Assembly: GCF_028641065.1 (NCBI RefSeq)
Contig: NC_073403.1
Span: 14,260,001-14,324,000 of the forward strand
DNA: 64,000 nt
DNA from: Leucoraja erinacea
Lineage: Eukaryota
Direction of reading: 5' to 3'
The position numbers and the translations under genes were made by a program. This document shows positions 1 through 22,629 of the stretch, in pieces. The notes beneath the pieces were generated by a model. It was not told where the DNA came from and did no database searches. It saw only the letters and a list, made by a program, of their open reading frames with translations. Each line of letters begins with the position of its first letter. Position 1 is the first letter of the stretch.

Positions 1-74
1 GGCTCTGCAAGCGCTGTAAGGCAACAACTCTACCGCTGCGCCATGGTGCCTCCCTTGTCAGTGGCGAGACACAC

Positions 75-575
75 ATGCAGTATTGTGTACAGTTCTGGTC
101 ACCCAGCTGTAGGAAGATTGTCATTGAGCTGGAATGGGTGCAGAGGAAATTCATGGGGATGTTACCAGATTTGGAGGGCTTGCATTACAAGAAGCTGGAT
201 AGACTGGATTTTTTGAGCAGTGCCCTTAGAGGTATACAGAATCATGAAGGGAGTAGAAAAGGTGGAAGGTCATATCCCCCCCCCCCCCCCCCCCCCCCCC
301 CCAGGTAAGGAATTTTAAAGCCAGACAGCATAGGTTTAAAGCGAGGGAAAGGATTTAAAAGGGACCCAAAGGGCAACATTTTCTACACAAAGAGTGGTGG
401 GTATGTGATACAAGGTGCCAGAGGAAGTGATTACGATGATTAAAAGACATTTAGATCGGTATATGGATGGGAAAGGTTTAGAAGGATAGGAGGCAAACGG
501 TACCAGCTCAGATGGACATCTAGGTCGTCATGGATGAGTTAGGCCAATGGGCCTGCTTCTAAGATGTACAACTGA
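75..575 (+). mobile_element. CR1-like LINE 3' fragment
   Basis: QYCVQFWSP..LEWVQRKF (CR1 ORF2 C-terminus) followed by CR1-type 3' UTR. Confidence 0.8.
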
Positions 576-778
576 GATTTATCTCAATGCTATTTCTACT
601 GCTGGGATCAAATTATACAAAGTAAAACAGTGTAAAAATAACGAAATAAAAAAATAGTACGTTACTTCTGGGGTACAAAAGTCTACAAGTGCATGAATTG
701 TTTTATAGTAGCAACAACTCTAATGTTACCTCTTTGAATGATTATTGTGGATCTGTTAAGTGTATTTGATATACTGAC

Positions 779-12628
<11,850 letters not shown>

Positions 12629-12757
12629 TGTTTAGCTGCATAAACACAAAATGAGAATTACTGAAACTTCATAAAACTTTGAAATCATAGATTCATCTTA
12701 CATGACATATAGAAAAGGGCCCTTTAGTCCATCTCTCACAATTTCAGAATACATAGA

Positions 12758-12917
12758 TACGTTACAAGGCCTTCTACGCCCGTACCTCCAGACTTAGGAA
12801 CAGCTTCATCCCCAGAGCTATAGCTGCTCGGAACCGGCCCTTGCATGAACTGTCTCCCTCGGATAGTCACGTCGCACATCGAGCCTGCACAGACCTATTT
12901 GCGCTTTATAGTGTTTT

Positions 12918-12955
<38 letters not shown>

Positions 12956-13063
12956 TGTTTCTCTGGGTGTCTATATTTTAAGCTAATTAAGTTATTACAT
13001 TGGATGGAAACTGCATACTAAATCTCGTTGTACCTCTGTGCAATGCCAATAAAATATATTATT
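12758..13063 (+). mobile_element. Rex1/Babar-like LINE 3' fragment
   Basis: Translates YKAFYARTSRLRNSFIPRAI (Rex1-type RT C-terminus), then UTR with poly-T and CAATAAA tail; flanking duplication ATACATAGA (12749-12757, 13064-13072). Confidence 0.65.
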
Positions 13064-13067
13064 ATAC

Positions 13068-13315
13068 ATAGACAATAGATGCAGGAGTAGGCCATTCAGA
13101 GCTTCGAGCCAGTACCGCCATTCAAATGGATCATGCCTGATCGTCCACAATCAGTACCCCGTTCCTGCCTTCGCCCCATACTACTTGATTCCACTAGCCC
13201 TAGGAGCTCTATCTAACTCTCTTTTGAATGCATCCAGTGAATTGGCCTCCACTGCCTTCTGAGGCAGATAATTCCACAAATTCACAACTCTCTGCATGAA
13301 AATGTTTTTCCTCAA
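13068..13315 (-). mobile_element. CR1-like LINE 3' end
   Basis: GCAGGAGTAGGCCATTC...CCTCCACTGCCTTCTGAGGCAGATAATTCCACAAATTCACAAC, recurrent in window. Confidence 0.7.
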
Positions 13316-14133
13316 AGCCCTGGATAAATACGTTTGAAATGAGAAAAAGGCAATAAACCCTGTATATTAAAAAGGCAAGAGATTACATAGCAGCTGCTCA
13401 CCAGAATGCAAATGTTAAGAAAAAGACTATTCTACATCATCAGTTATGACAATTAACAAAAAATTATTAGTGTGATAATGTAGATTGATCAGAACTGCTG
13501 GTAGGCAGCTAATTATATAGGTACGACATACATTATGTCTTGTGAATCCATCCTAGTATGTTACTCACAATACCATATATAAACATATATATACATACTA
13601 TAGTATATTACATAATAGTACTCAGTGGAGCAGAGCATTGAAACATTAAGATTTTTACAAAGCAACAACATTGAGTTTAGGTTTATTATTATCATCACAT
13701 GTACAGAGGTACTGCAAACAGCTTTGTTTTGCATGCTATCCAAACAGATAAGATATACCATATAGTCAGTTCAACCTCAAGCATAATAGATACAACAAAA
13801 GGAAGGTACATACAGAAAATAGTTCTCAGCATTGTAGCCTAGTAGACAAAGTCCAACACCCCCGGGGAGGGGGGGGGGGAGAGAGAACTGTTCCTGATTC
13901 TGGTGCTCTTGGCTCTTAGGGTTTGGTTAGGTTGCAAGAGGATCATGTTTACATGTGATCGTGCTGGATAGTATTTTCCTTTTAGTGGCATTTCTCCACC
14001 TACATTTTTTGTTGGAAGTTTTAGAAATGTGTTTGCTGTGAAATAAGGAAGCAGTACTGGCACACGGACCATATGATTTCTCTTTCGTGCCAATATGTTT
14101 TTATATTTGTTGTGGAACCGACAATATCATGCG

Positions 14134-14500
14134 TAGGAAGGAACGGCAGATGCTGGTTTACACCGAAGATAGACACAGAATGTTGGAGTAACTCAGCGGG
14201 ATATGCAGCATCTCGGGAGAGAAGGAATGGGTGATGTTTCAGGTCGAAACCCTTCTTCTAACCCTGCAGTATACTTCTATGGTACCACGTTCCTTCCGTG
14301 CCCTTGCCTACCTTATGTTCACTGCCAGGAGTGAAGTGGGAGTGGAACCGCTGCCGGGCTGTGGATGTGTAGGAAGGAACTGTAGATGCCCGTTTAAACC
14401 CAAAGATGACACAAAATGTTGGGGTAACTCAGCGGGGCAGGCAGCATCTCTGGAGAGAAGGAATAGGTGACGTTTCGGGTCTAGACCCTTCTTCAGACTG
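14134..14500 (-). mobile_element. two Penelope-derived pLTR fragments; second carries a minimal hammerhead motif (14467-14500)
   Basis: Family AAGGAACTGCAGATGCTGG...GCTGGAGTAACTCAGCGGG...GACGTTTCGGGTCTAGACCCTTCTTCAGAC; reverse strand reads CTGAAGA-AGGGTCTAGACCC-GAAACGTC. Confidence 0.7.
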
Positions 14501-14636
14501 ATGGTGGAGATGGGAGGTAGTGTGGGACGCCTGAGGTTGGGGTGGGCTGACCAAGCGCCACTCTAGGCCTTGAACACAAGTAGGCCCGAGAAGCCTGACC
14601 ACTGGAAAAGCACATCGCCGGAGTTTAACACCTTAC

Positions 14637-14900
14637 CCAGCAGATCGTGGCGTGAGCGTGGGGTTGGGGAGTGGCGATGGCGACGCCGCCGGTTCCGTTG
14701 GTGCGTCTATGGCTCGGTGGGTTGTGTGTGGGTGTGTGTGTGTGAGGGTCGGGGCCGCTCCGCCTCCTCCTTCCCTCACACCGAGCAGCGAAACGGCCGC
14801 CGTCTGCCCACCGCCGCGCCTGCGCACTGCCCACCGCCGGCCCCCCCGACCCGCCTGGCTCCGGATCCACACACGGAGGGAGTCGCCGCCTAAACCCCGA
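14637..14900 (-). other. DDX42: probable non-coding exon 1 of DDX42 (5' boundary approximate)
   Basis: Strong donor CTGG|GTAAGG on the minus strand at 14636, inside the CpG island. The ATG-bearing exon begins at an acceptor, so an upstream exon is required. Confidence 0.6.
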
Positions 14901-15299
14901 CTTGGCTCCTTCGGCCCGGTTCTAACTCCTGCCCACTTTCACCCGCGCCAACAAACTTAAAAACTCAGACAACGTCGCGATTAAACTACGTGATGTCACT
15001 GGGTCAAAGTGCAACGACGACGACCCCCACACACACACACACAAAAAAATCGATCACCAAGCGCCTGGATAATAACAGCTGGAGTTCTGCTACGTGCAGA
15101 CAATCGCTCGTTATTTTTTTTAAATCGAAAAGTAATGGAGACCGGGATTGTATTGTATTTAGCAACGTCCTGGCGACCGAGCGCTGGGGGAGGGGCAGGT
15201 GGAGGATGATTGATGGCTGGGTGCTCCAATCACAGGCCGGAGTGGGTGGCCGCTCCCTGGCCGCCGACGTCACGCTCTGGAGCTGCACCAATGGCGGTG

Positions 15300-15367
15300 A
15301 CTGGTGGAGGCGGGACATCTGGCGGATGTACCCGCCCAGAGGAGAGCGCTGGCCGAGGTGCAGTGAG
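15300..15367 (+). other. STRADA: probable non-coding exon 1 of STRADA (5' boundary approximate)
   Basis: Consensus donor GAG|GTGAGT at 15368, just downstream of CCAAT boxes in the CpG island. Confidence 0.55.
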
Positions 15368-16189
15368 GTGAGTGAGTGAGGGGCTGAGGCTTTGCACGGT
15401 CATCGTTGCCCGCCCGCCGCGGAAAGGCAGCCGGAGCTCGTGGTTGCTCGCACTCCCAGTCGCTGGAGAGCGGCCGCGGGTGAGGAGACCAGGCCGCAGG
15501 TTGCGGCAGGTGGGTCGAGCAGCAGCCGCAGCGTTCGGGCAGCTTGGCCTTTGGGGGCGCGGACCTGCGGGTGGTTACTAGAGAGACGGCACTTTGTACG
15601 CATTTAATCGGTGCCGCTGTCCATTACCAGAGGCGGAGGTTGGAGAGCTAACCCCATCCTGGGTGATTGACTCGGGTGCAGTATTGCGAGAGGAAGTGTG
15701 AGATCCAGGCCTTGTCTCTTCCTCTAAAGCAATACTTTCAAGATTCCAAACATCCTTTAGATGAAAGAAATTATTGTATCTCTCCTACACCATAATCTCC
15801 TCAACTCTGGTTTGACAACATGTATAAACCTCTGGTTTTCTATGCCTTTGCAAAGGGGAGAACTTGTTTGCTACCTGTCTAATCTACGCTGCTCATAATT
15901 TGTGTTTCACAATTAGGTTCCTTCGCAGCTTCCTCGGCTCCAAAGTAAACAAATTCAGGCTTGCCTCACAACTGAAATGTTTTACCCTAGAGAGCACCTT
16001 GCAGAATATCCTCTGCACTTTCAGTACAATCATGTCCTTCCTATATTGTGGTCAGAACTATACAGGACCATGATGGTAGATAAATCTCCCAGGTCTTTCA
16101 TAACATCAGGACGCCAATTTTTGCAGCCGTGTGGGATGCAGAAGAAATTGCAGGAATCCTGGCTTAGATAATGAATGATTGTTGGACAG

Positions 16190-17020
16190 GGGCGAAGTGC
16201 TAGAAGACTGGAGTGTGGCTAATTTTGGGCCTCGATTGATGACCAGCTGCTAAGAAAAACCTGGGAACTATAGACCAGTAAGCCTTAACAAATGTGGTAG
16301 GAAAGTTTCTGAAGAAGATTGTGAGGAATATGCATACACATGGATTTGCAAAAAGGGGTTGATTAGGGATTATCAATATGGTTTTGTATGAGGGAGTTGT
16401 GTGTCATGAATTTTATTGAGTTTTTAGAAGAAGTAACCAGGGTTTGGTGAGCGTATGGCATAGACATAATCCATATGGATTCTACCAAGGCCTTTGATAA
16501 TGTTCTGCATCGTAGGGTGCTCTCGAAGGTTTGATTGCATGGGATCCATGGAGAGCTAACTAACTGGATTATCTTCATAGAAGGAAGCAGAGTTTGGTGG
16601 AAGGTTGTTTTTTGGACTGTAGGCTTGTGACTAGGAGGGTGCTTTGGAGATTGATGCTTGGCGCATTGCAATATGCCATCTATATCAATTCTTTGGATGA
16701 GAATGTGCACAGCATGATCAGTAAATTTGCAGAAGACACTGATATAGGTGATATTGTGCCGTGAAGATGGCTACCACGAGGTACAGTAGGATTTTGATCA
16801 GCTGGGTATGTGCACCATGGAATGGCTAATGGAGTTTAATTCGGCAATTCTTATAGAAGTGTATAAGTTCATGAGAGGAATAGATAAGGTAAATGCACTG
16901 AGTCTTTTAAGCAAAGTAGGCACATCAAGATCCAGAGGACATGGGTTTAGGTGAGGGGGGGGAAATATTTAATAGTATCCTGAGGGGCAACCTTTTTTAC
17001 ACAAAGGGTGGTAGGTATAT
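16190..17020 (+). mobile_element. decayed CR1-like LINE RT fragment
   Basis: Remnants such as PGNYRPVSL, MDSTKAFDNVLH and SKFAEDT in shifting frames. Confidence 0.75.
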
Positions 17021-18561
17021 GGACCTACCATACAGTATATGTACAGGTTTGCAGGTCAATTGGCTTGATGTAAATGTAAAATTGTCCCTGGTGTGTGTAG
17101 GGTAGTGTTAATATGCGGGGATTGCTGGTCGGTGCAGACTCGCGCTATATCTCTAAACTAAACTAAACAAAGTTGAGATCTAGAGCTTTGTGGTCTGAGG
17201 GAAACCTTGACTGTATCTTTGTTCACAGGTTATTGATGTGTGATCATACAATAGATTAATACATTTGCAATCCATACATTATATTGATGAATGTAAGAAT
17301 TCCTTTTGCACTATTTTAAAAACTAGATGTTATCCCATGTTCCTGGCCAAGAAGGCTATCTGAACAAGGATGGAATAGATAGAAATATAGAATGTAGGGG
17401 ACTACAATCAGGTTGCTTTTGGGGGGAAAAAATAATGGTCTATAACCAAGAACACAAATTCTAAGGGTTGTGTTACCCTCATGGCTGCTGGAAAAGAGCT
17501 CCTAAATGGAGGGAAAATGTGCTGTTGTGACCAATCTGAAACAAACAGCATTGGTAGGAAGAGAAATAAGTTATTTTTGAAAAAATATCATGTAATAGGA
17601 TCCAAGTTAAAAGCGAACCAAGAGCATGTACAAATTGGCAAATAAGTACTTGGATCAGGAGAATTCATGAGCTGCTGTGGGAAAGAGTTAATGCATTAAT
17701 GCACCATTTCTGATACTGGAGATGGGCCCTTCCTGAACTCGGAAGAAGGGGCACTGATTTTAAGCAAGTAAGGGGAAAAGGAAAAGAAATGTAAGCTGAA
17801 ATATAAACTGAACTTGAAACGAGCATTAACAAGAATAAAGGAAGGGCAATTACAGCTAAGAAATGGGTCTAAAATGATGGTTAGATATTTAGATGATGAA
17901 ATCCTTTTAAAAATGAGTTTTTGTCTGCAGAGCTTTGCACACAGTGCTCAGTATAAAACAAGGAAGCTGGAGGCAGTCAAACATAGGAGGTGACTTAATA
18001 TGAATCAGTGCTGAAAATTAAGCAAAGAGTATGTGTGCTTAGTAAAGATAAATTACAGGCTTTGATGACTGCCTGGGTTTGGTGAGGGACTGAGAAGTGA
18101 TTAGTTGGGGTTTTATTTTCAGTAGAAGGGACTGGGAATAAAGGATATAGAAGCTAGGGCAGTGGTGTGCTCCTCCTGCTGGATTTGGGAGATCAGGGAA
18201 TTTCCATTTTCGTGGTGACTGCCTACAGGAAATGTGCCCAGCTACAAATCTTTTCTGACTGCATTGAGGATTGGGGATGTGGAAAATGTCATAGATTGTA
18301 CCATGTTGGCACACCAGGTATATTAAGAGGTGGATGACCTCCAAGTTGTTCAGGAGTCTCCTGTGGTCATTACCTCTCAAACAGTTGTGCCATTTTGGAG
18401 AAATAAAGAACTACATATGCTGGTTTATACCAAAGATAGACATAAACTGCGAGAGTAACTCAACGAGTGAGACAGCATCTCAGGATAAAAATACACCTGA
18501 GTAACCTATTCATGCCAGCAAAGCATACTTTCTCTTTTGGATTCTGATTCCAGAAGCAGGT

Positions 18562-19228
18562 CAAGTGTTTCAAAGGTCTTTTATTGTCACGTGTACCAAT
18601 AAAGGTGCAGTGATATGCAAATTACCATACAGCCTTACGAAAAAAAAGCAACAAGACACACAACTACATAAAAGTTAACATAAACATCCACCACAGCGGA
18701 TTCCCCACATTCCTCACTGATGGAAGGCAAAAATGTCCAATCTTCTTCCTCTTTATTCTCCCACGGTCGCGGCAGTTGAACCACCATCGAAGCGGTCGAA
18801 GTCCCCGTGTCGGGGCGGTCAAATCTCCCACGGAGGTTTGACCGCCTTTGGAGTTATCGAAGTCGGTCTCTGACCAGAGACCGTGGACTCCGTGATGTTA
18901 AATCCGCAAGCACCCACGGTTGGAGCTCCAAGGTTGACCCTTGGCAAGGGAATCGTGGGCTCCTCGATGGCAAGTCCGCAGGTGACTGCGGTGGAGTTCT
19001 CAAAATCGATCTCCAGCAAAGGCCGCCAACTCCTTAATGTTAGGCCAAGGTGCAGACAGAGATACGATACAGATTGCATTCCCCTCGAGGTAAGAGATTA
19101 GAAAGCATTTCCCCAACCACCTACAGCTAAAGAACACTAAAAACACATTTAACACGTACAATTAAAACACAAGGAAGGAAAGGACAGACTGTTGGCGAAG
19201 AAGCCATTGCTGGCGCCACCCAGTGGTG
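18562..19228 (-). repeat. ~650-bp interspersed retroposon-like family, copy 1
   Basis: Collinear with 26445-27065 and 54548-55180; minus-strand AATAAA plus short-repeat tail. Confidence 0.75.
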
Positions 19229-20876
19229 TATCGCATTGTAATTTTATCTGCAATTTAAGCAGAATGGCAATCGGGTCAATTCTGACTAGGGTTGTCCATG
19301 ATAATCCTGATGTTCCATGTTTCAAACCTCGCCTCTTCATGTGGAGTGCAAAACAGGCCAAATTATATATCTTTGTTCTTAGGGCCGTACTATTTGAGCT
19401 GGTGTGTGTCTGGGACCCTACTCACCCCACCACCCATTCTCCTGAGCATTGCTGCCTCTGATATTTTTTTGGAAAATCTGTGGATGTATGCCTGATACTG
19501 GCAATATGTAATGTTACTGTGTGCTGCAGGGTTGTTCCTGGGTACCACTACATCTTTTACTCTTTTAGGGTGATCCGATTTCCCCTCACTTCAACAGAAG
19601 TGATTCACACCTCAACATCTGCCAGAAGCTTTGATCAATAAAGAATTAATCAAGGCTGATAGAAGTGAAGATGAGACAACATAGAGCCAATAGAAATCAT
19701 AATATATTGTGCTTTAGGGTGAAGATAGTTATAAACATGACAAAAAAACAGATTTATAGATTGGAGTAAAACTGATTTTTGAGGGGCTGAGAATTAAACT
19801 TGGAGGATAAAATAGCTAAAAGTCGGTGAACATTTGAAATGGAATGCAGGAAATGTTCTGCTGCAAGGAAAAACACACTGGACATTTGTGAGAGTCCGTG
19901 GCTGAGTAAAGATAAAGGGAACAATTGCCGTCTAGGTCCAAATCAGCTGAGGTGTCTAAGGTGAGAGAAGATACAAAGGGATTGGTAAAGAAGTAAAAAA
20001 AAAACAACCATAAGTGGAATTTAGAAGTTAAATTATAACGGTAAAAAAATATTACTTTAAACCCTACACCCCGCAAAAAACAGATAAGAATGGAGACATA
20101 AGGAACTGTAGTTTCTGGTTTACAAATAAAAGATGCAGAGTGCTTGAGTAACTCAGTGGGTCAGGCGGCATCCCTGGAATACAGGTACATGGATAGGTGT
20201 CTTTCTGCTCGGAACCCTTCCTCATACTGGAATGGAAGCAGGTATATTCAGGGATTGTCAGTTTAGTATCATTAGAGATGGCAGAAATGTCAAATCATTG
20301 CAGGTGACCCCATGTTATGTTTGGATTACTGATATTTACCCATTGCCAAAGGTTTTTGATAAGAAATGAAATTTTATCTCATGGATTTCATGTGAAAAAA
20401 GTAAATAAATCACTCTATTTCCAACTCCCTACTTGACATATGCACAGATACTTGGCTTCATGATAAAGAAAATTGCAATGTGGAGCATTTTCTAGGAACA
20501 CAAACCCTTTCTCTCTCTTCTTTCCCCCCCACCTCCCATAATGCCTGAATTTTGCTTTAGTATCTACGTGAAATAGAAGGTGGGATGATGAGATGAGGGA
20601 GGAGGAGAAAACAAGTGAATTCATAAATAAACAGACCAAATGTGATAAAGCTTCCATCCTGGATGGATTGCATATGCATTTTATAAATAAAGTCTGGAAG
20701 AAAAAATAGCAGGCACACTGCCACCAATGGTCAATAGCATATTAAGGTGACGGAGGACTTGTGCAGCACTCAATGCGTTCATATGAAATGGGGGCATAGA
20801 ATGTGTCCTGGGAACTGTAGCCCAGCTACCTAAATATCACCTTGGATCAATTAGAAACACCACCAAATAGAAAATC

Positions 20877-21335
20877 GGCACAGTGACGCAGCAGTAGAGT
20901 TGCTGCCTTACAGTGCCAGAGACCCGGGTTCGATCCCAACTACGGGTGCTGTCTTTACGGAGTTTGTATGTTCTCCCTGTGACTGCATGGGTTTTCTCCG
21001 TGTGCTCTGGTTTCCTCTCATATTCCAAAGACATACAGGTTTGTAGGTTGTGTAGGAAAGAACTGCAGATGCTGGTTTAAATCTAAGATAGGCACAAAGT
21101 GCTGGAGTAACTCAGCGGGACAGGCAGCATCTCTGGGGGGGGGAGGAATGGGTGACGTTTTGGGTCGAGACCCTTCTTCAGAAGCATTTTGTGTCTTTCC
21201 AGGTTTGTAGGTTAATTGGCTTCTGTAAATTGTCCCTAATGTGTAGGATAGTGCTAGTGTATGGAGTGATCGCTTATCAACGCGGTCTCGGTGGGCCGAA
21301 GTGCCTATTTACACGTTGTATCTCTAAAATAAAGC
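20877..21335 (+). mobile_element. tRNA-derived V-SINE (HE1-like), interrupted by Penelope fragment
   Basis: A box, B box GGTTCGATCCC (20927-20937), V-core GGAGTTTGTATGTTCTCCCTGTGACTGCATGGGTTTTCTCCG, LINE-like tail. Confidence 0.85.
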
Positions 21336-22617
21336 AAAGTCTAAATGATACCTAGGAATAGAAGGACCGATGACTGCGATAATTCTTTGATTATGATGGC
21401 ATCATGAATTGTAGATGGAGTCACGCCATGGAGCGTGAAGCTCTCAACCATTTGATGCTGATTGGAGCAAATACTTGACTATGCATAACCTACCAGCCGT
21501 ACATCTTGGGGATTTGGGAGGAAACTGAGAACCTGGAGGAGAATTCCACACAGAACACCCAGGGTCAACATTAAACCCCTGTCTATGATGCAGGGTCTCT
21601 ACGAACAGTGCCACAGAACAATATCAGAGTTGTAGTCGTAGGCAATGCAAAGCTCATGGTCACCCTTGGACAATTAGTAGAGAGCCCTTAGACATTTCTG
21701 ACATGAGATGGTGATGTAGAAGGGTTGTATGTTCATGGTGAAAACAGTAGTTAGGACCAGGAATTGGAAATTCAAAGTAGCGAAGGTTTAGGTGGGAAGG
21801 GACCAGAGCAGGAGAGAAAAGATGGAGTCAAGGTAGAAAAAAATAAATAGTCATCTGAATATTTCTTAAATATCTGCCTCCACCACCCCTCAGACAGTGG
21901 GTTCCAGATTCCAACCACCCACTCTGTTGGAAAAAAAAGTATTTTCCAGATCACCTCAAAATCTCTTATCCATTATCCTAAAGCTATGTCTTCTAGTTTT
22001 AGACAGCTTGACCACGGGGGAAAGTTTACCATTATCTATCCTATGTATGCCTCTCATCATTCTGTACAACTTTATCAGGTCCCTCCTCAATTTCCTGTAG
22101 TCCAAGGAAATCTACCCCTCAATGTGTCCTCCTCATACCTGAAAAGCACCATCACAGGGAACATCCTTTTGAATCTCCTTTGCACTTTCTTCAGTGCAAT
22201 CAAGCCTTTCCAATAGTGCGTTAACCAGAACTATGCAGAGCACCCCAGTTATTATAGCCTAATCAATATTTTATAATCTCCATGCACTTCTGTTCTACAC
22301 CCTGAGTAATGAAGGAAGTAAACTAAAGAAGGAAGTAGAGCCACCTTCACCACCCTACCCACCTGTGGTGCCTCCATCAGGGATGTTTGGACTTTAAAAA
22401 ACAAAGTCACTATGTTTCTCAATACTCCCAACCAGACACGTCATCTATCCATGTTCTCCAGAGATGCTGCCTTGCCTCTGAGCTACTCCAGCACTCTTGT
22501 CTCACATATTCACACATGGCATAACTGTCTTTTCTTCCCGATGTTCTTATAACAATTTTCTGTTTTAAACTAGATCTCCTAATGGAAGTGCCTGTTTAGT
22601 GACAATCCAGCTTTCCC

Positions 22618-22629
22618 ATGTCATTTTTG
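22618..22629 (+). CDS. STRADA: STRADA start exon coding part (MSFL); exon from acceptor 22574
   Basis: ATG TCA TTT TTG|GTAAGT; TAG acceptor at 22571-22573. Confidence 0.85.

Larger units (their letters stand above)
14520..15620. promoter_or_regulatory. CpG-island bidirectional promoter DDX42/STRADA
   Basis: Sharp GC/CpG enrichment between divergent genes; CCAAT boxes at ~15226 and ~15287; CRE-like GACGTCAC at ~15266; YY1-like GATGGCG at ~14676; GC boxes; no TATA seen. Confidence 0.85.

Noticed and set aside
14570-15607. Multiple overlapping ORFs in the DDX42/STRADA promoter
   Set aside because: CpG-island artefacts; no recognisable protein, including no CCDC47 N-terminus.
20877-20950. tRNA gene (A and B boxes)
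   Set aside because: It is the tRNA-derived head of a V-SINE and continues into the SINE core; no complete cloverleaf.
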